From the IMG/VR virus record IMGVR_UViG_3300006789_000124, positions 1-27,226 of that record: a stretch of DNA of 27,226 nt; one strand, 5' to 3'. Position 1 is the first letter of the stretch, and every line of letters starts with the position of its first letter. The stretch is from a virus. Taxonomy: Duplodnaviria; Caudoviricetes. Below the pieces are notes generated by a model. The model saw only the letters and a program-made list of their open reading frames with translations, ran no database searches and had not been told where the DNA came from. Positions 7,761 through 17,239 of this stretch are shown here, one piece after another. The position numbers were made by a program, and so were the translations under genes.

Positions 7761-10205
7761 TTACTCCTTGGGCTGAGGCTTAAGCGCGATGTTCTCAGAC
7801 AAGTAAGATGCTTCCCGAAGTATATCAACCTGCTCTTGATTCTGTTTTATCTTCCGCTGGCGGGCGCTTCCGTACTTCTGCGCTTTCTTTAAGGCAGCAA
7901 CATCTTCTTGATAGTCCTCAAGCCCCCTCCAATACAGCGCCTGCCTAGCATATAGGGCCTGATTAAAGCGGTTAAACCAACCGTCCAAAGCGCTTTGCGC
8001 TTCAGGAGACAGGCTTTCGTAGACGTTGACATCCAGGTCATCAGCAGGTCGCCAGTCGCTAAAGCTCCCCGCTTCCTTAGCGGTTTTCGTATACGCCCTA
8101 GCTTCTACGGAGGGGGTTGAGTAGGGTAGATCGTCACCGGCACGCTCGAAAGAAGAAGAGACAGTGGCAGCGCCGCCGGGGGCTGTGTACTTGCTGTAGA
8201 GATCTTTTCTATCGTCAAAGTACTTCTTGTAATGACCTAGCCACAGTCCCCAGTATGCGGTTGGCTTTCTAAAGCGATCTGGTTGCCCTCTATCTATCCC
8301 TAAGAGAAGCTTGTCCAGCTCTTTGCCGAGCGCCTGGAAGTTTTCTTCAGAAGCAAGGGGGCTTTCATTCAAGCTCTCAACAAGCTCTGCATCTGCTCCC
8401 GTTGTCGTATCAACTTTGAGAGAGGCGAGCGTCTCCCCGTTCGCTGCCAGCTCCTCTTTAAGAGTGTCGTTTTCGCGCAAAAGGTACTGGGCTCGGAGCT
8501 TGTTCTCTACCCGGTTCTCTGCAACCTGGCGGGCAAACTCCTCGTCTCCCATACCTTCGGGCTTGGGCAAAGAAATTTCCCTAACGTAAACAGTTCCACT
8601 AACGGGCGCAGCGGGCTCCTCTATCCCAAGGCTCTCAAGAGCTGTCTGCCCAAGCCCCTGGGTCTCGTAGGGATCTAGCCAGACCGATAAGGGTATCGCA
8701 AGCCCTGCGTCCATCTTCTTTAGCTCTTTCCTATCGCCCTCTAGTCCTCCTATTAAAGCAAACAAACTATAGCTTACCTCGTCGCCTATCTCCTCTCCTG
8801 CCTCTCTGCTCGTAGTCGCCTGGGCCTCAAGGAGGGCGACGGCGTCTTCTTTCTGCCGAATGGCCCTTTTTAGCCTCGATCGCTCTGCTCCTATGTCTTG
8901 AGTTATCAAGATCTGCAGGTCCGTTTTTCCCTTCTTCTTTGGGTCCGTAGCCACAACACGAACTTGGAGCGCTTCTGCCTTAATGAGCTTATCCCGGTAC
9001 TCTCGGCGTCTCGCTCTAGCGGGATCTGCATACTCATACAGCTGAATCAGGCGATCTTGAGCATCGTATAGGTTCTGTAAGGGCTGAGAACCTGCTCCTG
9101 TGCTCTCCCCCGCTTTCTGAAAAAGCTCTAAGAGAACGTCTTTAGGAAAGCCCTCAGTGCCGTAGTCTTCTCCACGGAAAATATTCTTGCTGAGATTATC
9201 TCGCGCTTGCAGAGACAAACGCCCTTTCTCCTGAGAAGAAGCATTTCGCCCGCTGGGCAGATACCCTTCCTGAGCTAACAGATGTTGATACTCTGCTGCG
9301 TGAGCGAGTTCCCCGGCTTTCTCAAAAGCAAACGCGTTGTTGTAGTCTAAGGTAGCGTCTACCTGTGATTCCGACATATCAGGCCGGCTAAATCCTGACG
9401 GTCGAGGCGCTTTTCCCTCCCTGGTTTTCACGGGAGTGTCGCCATAGAACCACTTTATATCGCCTGCGAAGAGGTCTTTTGCGTATTCAAACGCCTTGAT
9501 ATCCTTTCCTTTTTGCGAAGAGCCCTCTTTTGTTCTTTCTAGGAGAGAGAGTTCTCTCGCAGGCCAGATCTCTTCTACGCTGTCTAAGTACTCGCCTGTC
9601 TTTGGATCAAGGTAGCGAACAGGGATAGATATTTTCTCCTGCCCTTGCGAGGCCCACTGCTTCGCGGCTATCAAGCGCCTTTTTCTACCGGGAGAAAGAG
9701 ATCCCTCTTGAGAAGCCTGTTCATAAAGAGGTCCGAAGTCAACGTCATCGCCTGTGGAGAGAGCCTCGTCCATGAGATCTAAGGTCTCCTGAGGCGTACC
9801 CCCCAGGGCAATAGGAACAGGAGCCGCTAAAGCGGGCGTGTCCCCTTCTATTTTTGGCGAGTCCTCCGGCACGACCGTTGGCCCGAAGATCGGTTGCTCC
9901 CCAACACCCTTTGCTGGCCCGAAGATCGGTTGCTCCCCAACACCCTTTGCTGGCTCGTCCTCGAAGCCGAGGTCCCACTCGTCATCATCATCATCATCAT
10001 CAAAAACAGCTACGGGCTTACCTAAGGGCTTACCTACGGGCTTACCTACGGGCTTAGCTACGGTTTCAACTACGAGTTCGCCTACGGGTTCAACTACGGG
10101 TTCAACTACGGGTTCAACTTCGGGCGGGCCGAAATCGAGGTCCCACTCCTCGTCATCGCTAAAGCCTGCTCCCAAGTTGGCCCATGTCTTTTCAGTATCC
10201 GCCAC
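7761..10205 (-). CDS. Probable internal virion (ejection) protein, 814 aa, with acidic repetitive N-terminus
   Basis: Long ORF with a GTG start and GGAGG RBS. It is helical/charged and lies between the other large probable ejection genes. Function is inferred from synteny only. Confidence 0.6.
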   Translation of the reverse strand: MADTEKTWANLGAGFSDDEEWDLDFGPPEVEPVVEPVVEPVGELVVETVAKPVGKPVGKPLGKPVAVFDDDDDDDEWDLGFEDEPAKGVGEQPIFGPAKGVGEQPIFGPTVVPEDSPKIEGDTPALAAPVPIALGGTPQETLDLMDEALSTGDDVDFGPLYEQASQEGSLSPGRKRRLIAAKQWASQGQEKISIPVRYLDPKTGEYLDSVEEIWPARELSLLERTKEGSSQKGKDIKAFEYAKDLFAGDIKWFYGDTPVKTREGKAPRPSGFSRPDMSESQVDATLDYNNAFAFEKAGELAHAAEYQHLLAQEGYLPSGRNASSQEKGRLSLQARDNLSKNIFRGEDYGTEGFPKDVLLELFQKAGESTGAGSQPLQNLYDAQDRLIQLYEYADPARARRREYRDKLIKAEALQVRVVATDPKKKGKTDLQILITQDIGAERSRLKRAIRQKEDAVALLEAQATTSREAGEEIGDEVSYSLFALIGGLEGDRKELKKMDAGLAIPLSVWLDPYETQGLGQTALESLGIEEPAAPVSGTVYVREISLPKPEGMGDEEFARQVAENRVENKLRAQYLLRENDTLKEELAANGETLASLKVDTTTGADAELVESLNESPLASEENFQALGKELDKLLLGIDRGQPDRFRKPTAYWGLWLGHYKKYFDDRKDLYSKYTAPGGAATVSSSFERAGDDLPYSTPSVEARAYTKTAKEAGSFSDWRPADDLDVNVYESLSPEAQSALDGWFNRFNQALYARQALYWRGLEDYQEDVAALKKAQKYGSARQRKIKQNQEQVDILREASYLSENIALKPQPKE
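9879..9954. repeat. 36-bp tandem duplication (PAKGVGEQPIFG x2)
   Basis: tggcccgaagatcggttgctccccaacaccctttgc occurs at 9879-9914 and 9915-9950. Confidence 0.95.
9979..10120. repeat. (tca)n poly-Asp tract followed by 12-bp tandem repeats encoding PVGK / PVVE units
   Basis: tcatcatca run, then ctacgggcttac-type and actacgggttca-type 12-mers, all in frame. Confidence 0.9.
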
Positions 10206-10207
10206 GG

Positions 10208-13200
10208 CTAACCTCCCGCTTCAACTTCTATCCCCACCTCGGGAGATTCCTCTACCTTCCCTTCTCTTCTTTTCCCCCAGGAACGAAGCCAGGGACCTTT
10301 CGGGTTCTTTCGCCTGGCTTTTCTTTCCTTTCGAGTGCTCCGACTGGGAGTTAGGTCTACGGGCAGGTTGGATGACGGGGAGTCTTTAGGAATATCGCTG
10401 ACGGCGTAGGGATTCATACGCAGACCATCGGTCATGTCCTCTCCCGTAGCTGAGAGCCCGGCTTTAACTTGCTCAGGAGTTCTCCCCGGATCACCCCTAA
10501 AGATTGCTGCAACCGCGTCATACTCCTCGTCTGATACAGGTTTCCAATCTTCCTCAGATCCCTTCTTTCGGAACGCCAACTCAGACCCGTCGCGTTTATA
10601 TTCGTAGGGAGCTTGCTGGGGATCTTCTTCGTCGCCTGGAAGAATGTCGGAAGCGTGCTTCGCGAGGCTTTGATCGAAGTCCCCCCCAGGCGCGAGCGAA
10701 GCCTCGTTCGCTGCTCTCCGCTGAGCTTCGAGTTGATCTTGTTCTTCCAGTGAAAGCCCTTCCCCTACATCTGTTGCAGTTGCTTCGGGCGAGACTGACG
10801 CCGACACATCGTCCTCACTCTCCCTAGAAAAGGTATCTCCCTCGTGGGGGGCTCCCATTGTCACCTTCTTTCCTTCCCAGTCCTTGGCGGCATAGGGATC
10901 GCCCGTGTCCTCCGTGTCCTCTTCCACGGGCTTGAGCGCATCCCTGAGTGCTCTGATTTTTTCGAGCATTGTCGCTCGTTTCTGTTCCCTTGGACTATTA
11001 AGCCTCTCGTAGTACTCTCTGAAGTCCTGGGACAAGAACGGCGCAACAGCATCTCCCTGCTCCCGAGTCAACCTCCCCTCTTCTTGAGCTTTTTCAGCGG
11101 CCTCCCTGACGCGGTTATACTCGAACTCAAAGGCTTGCTCTTTAGTAGTAGAATCAAACTCGCTCCAATCTTTTTTCCGAACTGCTGCGAAGTCTGCGAC
11201 CGCCTCCTCTATCGAAGGAACCTCCTCGTCTACGACCTCCTCGTCTACGACCTCCTCGTCTACGACCTCCTCCTCCACGGAGGGAGCCTCTTCTGCAGGA
11301 GCCTCCCCCACGGGGGACCCAAAGGACAGTCCATCGCGCCAGTTCTGGTACTGCTCCATACCGATGAGGGTACGCTCGCTTCCGGCTCCGGACGGCTCCG
11401 CTGCATAATCTAGGATATTCTGTAGCGCGTTTCCTTTAAGCGCTTCAGAGGCACCGTCGGGCGAAGTATATATGATCGAGACAGGCGCGCCACCCAAGTT
11501 ATTCCTGTCTGAGAAGCTAAACTCGTATGTTCCGCGCCCTTGCTCGTAAGAGGCAACAGACGCTTCCGTAACCTCCCCGTCGATTCCCTTGCGGCCAAGA
11601 GGGTTCTCGGTCAGCGTCACAGAAAAGGGAATAGGCTCGCCGGGAGCAGGGGCCTCGGGAGCAGCCTCCTCGCCTGAGACACCGGGAATATTGACCCCGA
11701 CCTCCCCGAGGGTTTTGTATTCGGACACAAGCTCCTCAAGAGAAGCAATCCGAGGAGGAGCCCTCTTGACCTTTTCCAGACCATAGACATTACGAACAGT
11801 ATCCAGCGGACGAGTAACCTCCATCCCGAAGCCATTCGTATCTGTATAGCCTTGTTCGTCTGTCATCAACATACCGGTTGCGCTTACTTGTACCGAACGC
11901 CGAAGATCCTCCATCACCGTAGGCATAGAGTTCTGTAAGATACCAGGAACCCTCTCTGCCTCAACCAGCGCCTCAATCTTGGTTCCTGGCCCGTTAGGGA
12001 TCTTCAGCTCCGTACCGTCACCGAGCACGATAGGAACCACACCAAGATTATCTGCGTTGATATCCTTGACCCCACCCGCCAGAGTAATCGGACCCGTCGG
12101 TTCCACATCTGTAAACGTGACCTCTGTAGCCGTGAGAGGGTTCCAAGGACCTGGGGTTGGAAACGCTTCGCGCAGGCTGTACCCCTTCGCCTTGGCTCGC
12201 TGCCAACGCGCCCCTTGTTTTTCGCCTTCCAGGAGGGGGAAAGCAACAGCGTCGCCATTGCCGTCGAAAAACTGAAGGAGCCCTTTAGCGTCTTTCAGCG
12301 GCTGTTTTCTCGGGGCGGCGGCGATTTCCAGCCCCTGGGGGGTGTTGTAGAGGTCTTGGAAGTTCCGAACAGGGCGCAGGTGCTTCCCTTGCTCCTTGTC
12401 CAGTACAAACAACCCCTTGAGCTTAGTCGTGTCTTCTGGCTCCGTATGGTAGAGATCTGTCACCCTACCAGCAAAATAATCTCCGTTCTCGACAACCCTG
12501 TCAGAGAGAAAGAACCCCTTCGAGGGATCGTCCAGTCGCTGAACATAGACCTGCGAACCGTCTGTAAAGACCTCGAAGGGAATACTAGACAACCCCGTGA
12601 GCGCCCCGATGTCTTCGTACGCCTTTTCCTTTTTAGCCAGCCTGAAGTGCGAGGGAAGGTGCGCGGTTTCAAGTTCCCTGACATGGTTCGCAGGGATATA
12701 GGACCCGTCTGGAGTAGTTGCGTACAGGCCCTTATCATCGAGGTCTGGAGACATTCGCAGACTGTTCTTGAGCTTGAGCTGGTCTTCTGGGGACAGCTTG
12801 CTAGGATCAAAGGTCACATTTCCGAAGTAGCGAATACCTCTCTTTTTACCGAGGAAGGGCTTGGGGCCGTACCGGTCACTACCCGCCCTCACCGCTTCGC
12901 TCTTAGAGTTCATAAGAGCGAGCATTGCATGTGGACCGGGGATGGCCTTCCGCCTCTCCTCAGTGCTGACTACCTCTCCCGTGTCTGGATCTTTTATTTC
13001 TATGGTCTCGGTTCTAAAGGTCAGGACTTGGTGAGGCTCAAAGCCAGCAGTCGGCAACCAACCGCTGTTGTAGAGATCTTCAAGGTCCTGCATATATTCA
13101 GAGGGGAACTGAGTGCCCGGAGTGCCATCCGCCCGAGCCATGAGCCTGTCGTACTCAGTCCGATGCCAGTCCTTAGAGGTTTGATTGGTAGTGAAATCCG

Positions 13201-14092
13201 CAATGTCCTTAGCGAGTGCGTCGTTATCTACCGATGCTCCGAAAGCCGCGTTTCGTGCATTTCCCCACTGGGTGTTCGGTCCCATCATGTCTGCTAGCGC
13301 TGTAGCTTGTGCGGAAGTAGCTGTGCCGTCTGCTATCGCTTTCTGGAGATCTTTAGAGAGCTGCGTGAACGTAGCTCCTTGATCCATCAGCTGATCGTGG
13401 TCCTTCTGATAAGCAATCGACTCACCCGCGTACTCCTTAAGAAGACTGCTTGTTTGTGTCGCTGGTAAATGCTTGGAGATCGCGTCCATGAGAGCTTGTT
13501 TCTCAGCGGACCCTGCGCCTAACTTTCCTGCCCTTGTTAGAGCAGTGGCTGCGTCTTGCATACCAAAGTCCATAAAAGCAGTCTTAAGAGCCGTATACAT
13601 CTGATAGTTGCCTACAGACCGTAGCTCTCCCTCGCTGTTTTCGAAGGTGCTTACAAGCTGTGCAAAAGCCCTCTCTTTATTCTGGCCACCGCCCGCCTTG
13701 TATGCTCGCCGCGCAGGCTCTAGGGCATTGCGGTGCCAACCCGACCGAGTCTGAGATAGACGAGTCAGGTTGTTATTGACATTCTCGGTTAGCCCCGCCA
13801 CGATCTTCGCGGCTTCGGTCTTATTCGTCAGGTCAATTTCATAAAGGTCGGTCTGGGCACTCAGCTGGGCTCGTGCGAGGTCGCTCTTGACCTTGCGATA
13901 GGCAATGTCCTTTTGCGTATAGGCTCTAAACCCTTCCTTTTCGATACGGCTGATGGCCTTTAGATGCTCTTCAGCAACGCTGAGATAGTACCCGTGCAGA
14001 CGCACCTGGTCCCTGGAATCGTAGGTAGCGCTTCCGTCAGTACCCTCTAAACCAGAGGGCATATAAGGATACCGGGAATTACCTACAGACAT
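10208..14092 (-). CDS. Probable internal virion (ejection) protein, 1294 aa
   Basis: Long ORF with a helical N-terminus, acidic low-complexity C-terminal region and basic tail. Its position after the tail genes is typical of podovirus core proteins. No catalytic motif recognised. Confidence 0.6.
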   Translation of the reverse strand: MSVGNSRYPYMPSGLEGTDGSATYDSRDQVRLHGYYLSVAEEHLKAISRIEKEGFRAYTQKDIAYRKVKSDLARAQLSAQTDLYEIDLTNKTEAAKIVAGLTENVNNNLTRLSQTRSGWHRNALEPARRAYKAGGGQNKERAFAQLVSTFENSEGELRSVGNYQMYTALKTAFMDFGMQDAATALTRAGKLGAGSAEKQALMDAISKHLPATQTSSLLKEYAGESIAYQKDHDQLMDQGATFTQLSKDLQKAIADGTATSAQATALADMMGPNTQWGNARNAAFGASVDNDALAKDIADFTTNQTSKDWHRTEYDRLMARADGTPGTQFPSEYMQDLEDLYNSGWLPTAGFEPHQVLTFRTETIEIKDPDTGEVVSTEERRKAIPGPHAMLALMNSKSEAVRAGSDRYGPKPFLGKKRGIRYFGNVTFDPSKLSPEDQLKLKNSLRMSPDLDDKGLYATTPDGSYIPANHVRELETAHLPSHFRLAKKEKAYEDIGALTGLSSIPFEVFTDGSQVYVQRLDDPSKGFFLSDRVVENGDYFAGRVTDLYHTEPEDTTKLKGLFVLDKEQGKHLRPVRNFQDLYNTPQGLEIAAAPRKQPLKDAKGLLQFFDGNGDAVAFPLLEGEKQGARWQRAKAKGYSLREAFPTPGPWNPLTATEVTFTDVEPTGPITLAGGVKDINADNLGVVPIVLGDGTELKIPNGPGTKIEALVEAERVPGILQNSMPTVMEDLRRSVQVSATGMLMTDEQGYTDTNGFGMEVTRPLDTVRNVYGLEKVKRAPPRIASLEELVSEYKTLGEVGVNIPGVSGEEAAPEAPAPGEPIPFSVTLTENPLGRKGIDGEVTEASVASYEQGRGTYEFSFSDRNNLGGAPVSIIYTSPDGASEALKGNALQNILDYAAEPSGAGSERTLIGMEQYQNWRDGLSFGSPVGEAPAEEAPSVEEEVVDEEVVDEEVVDEEVPSIEEAVADFAAVRKKDWSEFDSTTKEQAFEFEYNRVREAAEKAQEEGRLTREQGDAVAPFLSQDFREYYERLNSPREQKRATMLEKIRALRDALKPVEEDTEDTGDPYAAKDWEGKKVTMGAPHEGDTFSRESEDDVSASVSPEATATDVGEGLSLEEQDQLEAQRRAANEASLAPGGDFDQSLAKHASDILPGDEEDPQQAPYEYKRDGSELAFRKKGSEEDWKPVSDEEYDAVAAIFRGDPGRTPEQVKAGLSATGEDMTDGLRMNPYAVSDIPKDSPSSNLPVDLTPSRSTRKERKARRKNPKGPWLRSWGKRREGKVEESPEVGIEVEAGG
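11220..11270. repeat. 15-bp tandem repeat x3 (EEVVD)
   Basis: acctcctcgtctacg is repeated three times. Confidence 0.95.
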
Positions 14093-14095
14093 ATC

Positions 14096-14662
14096 TCATC
14101 CCCCCAGCATTGAAGCAAGGCCCATCAGCCGCTGCGTGTTCGCTGCCGTCGCAGCTTGTTTATCTTCGGGCTTCTGTTTTGTCAGGCTGTCATACAACAT
14201 CGCTCGAATCTGCTCCGCCTTTGCATCGACGCGGTTTTTCCAACCCTCGCGAGTCTGAGCGCGTCGTGCGCTCTCTGCATTAGCTATCTCTCCCAACGTG
14301 CCCTCAGGGAGCGAGCCGTCGCCGATCGCCTCTTGCATTGCACGACCCGAAGTAAAGAGTCCCCCGCCCGCTGCCAAGCGCTTCATTACCTCGGTCTTGC
14401 GGTCTTGCAACGCCCCTTGGGTTCGTGTTGCTTCCTGCATTAGAGCTTGACGAAAGGCAGCGTCTTCCGCCGTGGGACCTTTCTTCTTGAGACCCTGCCG
14501 CGCTTCCTTATCAAGCTTTGCTTGCGCTCTTCCAGCGGGCGTCATGCGGGTGATGGCTTGAGTTGCAAGCGCCGGACCTAGATTCTGAGCCTGCGTCAGG
14601 CCCTTGGCGGCGACCTGGGTTCCCAGCGCTTTTGCGAGAACGCCGCCCAAAGCTGCGGACAT
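14096..14662 (-). CDS. Small Ala/Gly/Gln-rich probable ejection (DNA transfer/pilot-like) protein
   Basis: 188 aa, GGAG RBS, hydrophobic Gly/Ala ends (MSAALGGVLAKALG; LMGLASMLGG). It is the first of the probable ejection genes, the position held by T7 gp14 / P22 gp7. Confidence 0.55.
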   Translation of the reverse strand: MSAALGGVLAKALGTQVAAKGLTQAQNLGPALATQAITRMTPAGRAQAKLDKEARQGLKKKGPTAEDAAFRQALMQEATRTQGALQDRKTEVMKRLAAGGGLFTSGRAMQEAIGDGSLPEGTLGEIANAESARRAQTREGWKNRVDAKAEQIRAMLYDSLTKQKPEDKQAATAANTQRLMGLASMLGG

Positions 14663-14677
14663 GGCTCCTCCTATTTC

Positions 14678-15487
14678 CTAAAGAATTGTGAGCAAGCGGA
14701 CATTACGAATACCTAGACTAAGGCGCTGGTAGAACTTGTGAAAGAACTCCTTTGTATGAGTCCCGACAACCCTCTCCAGAGTAGCGTTTAAGATGCCCTC
14801 ATTCTCGGTTTCCTGAGGGTCTACAACAGGGTGCATATATGCTGTGAGATCTAAAGTGTACCAGCCTGCTGTAACATCCAGGGCCATATGATTCATGTCC
14901 CATTGCATAGCGTTCTTTTGCTCTAAGACAATCTTGTCGTGAACCTTTCTCTTAGTCCCGGTTCCTGTAGAGTCTTCGATAGCGAGCTTTGCGCTGATAG
15001 GGACGCTTCTCGCCGTGTGAGGAAGAGCAGTACCATTAAGCCGCGCTCGAATAGACATCTCGTACTGCCTATTACCCAGAGCAGAAATCCCGCTCTCGAT
15101 CAAGATTCTGTATCCTGAGAGGAAAAACGACCACTCCCAGAGCGCTACATTCACGTCATAGGGGATATAAACCCGGAGACTCGTGCCCGCCAGGGGGCGG
15201 TAATTCCCGGCAACTGTTTGAGCCGTCTCGCCGCCCGCGTCAGAGCAGCCGTTGCTGAAAACATCCGCCGTGTCGAGCACAAACTCCTGGCGTCCCCGAC
15301 ACACCTCCTCTGGCCAGACGTGCTCAGAACGGACCTTAAACCCTGCATGGAGATTAGAACTGTCCAGGCCTCCGTTGGCCTCGGACATAATTCCCTCACC
15401 CGGTGTCGGGGAGTAGATGTTCTTATTGTGCCCTAACGGATCAAGCTCTTGACCGTCTAGATAGGAATAGGGGGTAGAAACAGTCAT
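14678..15487 (-). CDS. Virion structural/tail protein, 269 aa
   Basis: Beta-rich ORF in the tail operon. Its N-terminal motif resembles those of the adjacent 580-aa protein. Confidence 0.55.
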   Translation of the reverse strand: MTVSTPYSYLDGQELDPLGHNKNIYSPTPGEGIMSEANGGLDSSNLHAGFKVRSEHVWPEEVCRGRQEFVLDTADVFSNGCSDAGGETAQTVAGNYRPLAGTSLRVYIPYDVNVALWEWSFFLSGYRILIESGISALGNRQYEMSIRARLNGTALPHTARSVPISAKLAIEDSTGTGTKRKVHDKIVLEQKNAMQWDMNHMALDVTAGWYTLDLTAYMHPVVDPQETENEGILNATLERVVGTHTKEFFHKFYQRLSLGIRNVRLLTIL

Positions 15488-15488
15488 G

Positions 15489-17231
15489 TCACATCTTGAG
15501 CTGGATAACGGAGATATTAGCTCGCTTATACTTAAGGGATGTATCGAGCCCGTGGTCTGCCTTCGCAGTTGGGTTCATTGTACTTGCAAAGACCTGAAAT
15601 TTGTAGATGTTGTTTCCTCCAGTAATCGCAGACAGCTCGCTTGATGTGAAGACGTGAAAGAGACTGACGTTCTGCTCAGAGGGAGCGGTGGTGTCCCAAT
15701 CGCTACGGTCGGATTTAGCTGCGGCTCCCCCCACAGCGCTGTCATATCCCGTCGTGTTGAAGGAGTTGATGTAAACAAGGCCGTCTGGGACGATGTAGCT
15801 TACGCTGGTGCTCGCCGCTCGAAAGCCCAGAGCAAGCACTCCGAAGTTCTCCGCCGTAGCGATCCCATGAGATCCTGATGTCCCGTATCTTCCGGCGGAA
15901 ATCGAGTTCACCTGGACATTGGCAGTCACGATGAAAATAGAGTCTTCGCTGACATCGAAGCCAGTGATAGAACCGCTTTGATCCGTAACCGAGAACTGCG
16001 TTCCGTTCTCCATCGCGAAGAACCCGTTCCCCGAAGACGAAGCGGTCAAGTTAAAGTAAGTAGGATCGTCGGTGCTGTTAACCGTCACCAGCGGGTGCCC
16101 TGGAAAAACAGAGTCCAGAGTAGCTGTGGCAGAAGATCCGAATGTCGCGCTGTTCTTTTCGATAACGGGCGAGGACAGGTGGTAGTGAGTCAGCGCACCT
16201 CGTGCGAGAGATCCTTTCTTAACGGTGTTGTAGGCTGTTCTGAGCTTATCAACGCGATCTGTCTGCAGAGACTCCTCTGTCAGGACATCTTCGCTGTCGA
16301 AGGCAGGAACAGACAGCTTGGGAACAGAAGAAGAGGCTACCGGAAACTTCTTAAGCTCCAACACGAACAGCTTCCGAGTAGTGACAACGATATAATCATC
16401 GTCAAGAGATGCCCGCCCGCTATCTGATATGTAGGCCTCTCTTTCATAGGAAGGGATTCTTCGAGCGACTACCTCTACCGTATGCTTCCCCGGCTGCACG
16501 GGATAATGGCAACCAAGCCGCACAGGAAAGACCTCGGGTCCGTAGGCAGAGAGCTTGTTTATCCAGGTCCCGTGAGGTCCTGGAAAGGGCTGTTCAGCCG
16601 TACCGCCAGAAAACCCGGTGTCCTGGGATCTCTCCCTCGTAGACAAGATCGGCTCTATCGAGTTCTCGAAGGGAGACCTTCTGCCAGTAATCGTGTGCTC
16701 GATGACTTGACCGTCAACACGGATAGCGAACTGCACCCCCGCCGGAGTCCCGTCATGCGAGAAGAGATGCCCTAAAGCCGCAACCTCGTTTTCAAAGTCG
16801 GAGGCGCTCCCCGAGCCGGGCCAGCGCATTCGTAAAGCTGCAACATCGCCTCCAAACCCCACCCAGAAGTACTGGATCAGAGCAGTAATCCACAGGGTAG
16901 AGATCCCAGTAGATATCTCCTTATCGGTATCCGCGATCTCCGACCAGGTGAAGTCATTTCGGACTTGGTGATGATTCGTCATGTTGCTCGTATTGGGATG
17001 TTGCCCCGAAGAGATTTCCGGGCTCACGTCAGTAGTCGCGAACTTATACGAATAAAACGGAGTGTCCTTTGCCTTAGAAGTGTCGATCTCCGGGTTGATA
17101 TTCTTCTGAATATTGTGCGCGTTCAACCCGCCCACATACATCTCTGCTGCAGGGATAAAGTCCTCGTTCAACTCAATCGGATCTAAAACATCCGAGGAAC
17201 GGAGACTGCGCTTGGGGAAAATATACGGCAT
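15489..17231 (-). CDS. Virion structural/tail (fibre/appendage-like) protein, 580 aa, apparently two tandem modules
   Basis: S/T/G-rich beta protein directly after the nozzle-like gene, with GAGG RBS. Confidence 0.55.
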   Translation of the reverse strand: MPYIFPKRSLRSSDVLDPIELNEDFIPAAEMYVGGLNAHNIQKNINPEIDTSKAKDTPFYSYKFATTDVSPEISSGQHPNTSNMTNHHQVRNDFTWSEIADTDKEISTGISTLWITALIQYFWVGFGGDVAALRMRWPGSGSASDFENEVAALGHLFSHDGTPAGVQFAIRVDGQVIEHTITGRRSPFENSIEPILSTRERSQDTGFSGGTAEQPFPGPHGTWINKLSAYGPEVFPVRLGCHYPVQPGKHTVEVVARRIPSYEREAYISDSGRASLDDDYIVVTTRKLFVLELKKFPVASSSVPKLSVPAFDSEDVLTEESLQTDRVDKLRTAYNTVKKGSLARGALTHYHLSSPVIEKNSATFGSSATATLDSVFPGHPLVTVNSTDDPTYFNLTASSSGNGFFAMENGTQFSVTDQSGSITGFDVSEDSIFIVTANVQVNSISAGRYGTSGSHGIATAENFGVLALGFRAASTSVSYIVPDGLVYINSFNTTGYDSAVGGAAAKSDRSDWDTTAPSEQNVSLFHVFTSSELSAITGGNNIYKFQVFASTMNPTAKADHGLDTSLKYKRANISVIQLKM

Positions 17232-17239
17232 GCTCTACC

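Noticed and set aside
906-7776. Many short + strand ORFs in the track that make 1-7760 look like an accessory or pseudogene region
   Set aside because: All are antisense to the continuous giant - strand ORF, which carries recognisable domains.
9879-9954. 36-bp repeat as a possible CRISPR repeat
   Set aside because: The copies are directly adjacent with no spacer, in frame within a CDS, and no cas genes are present.
9854-10057. ORF with His7 and RAYL repeats
   Set aside because: Antisense reading of the poly-Asp and PVGK repeats of the 814-aa gene.
12215-13297. 360-aa + strand ORF
   Set aside because: Entirely antisense to the 1294-aa gene, with composition typical of a reverse-frame shadow.
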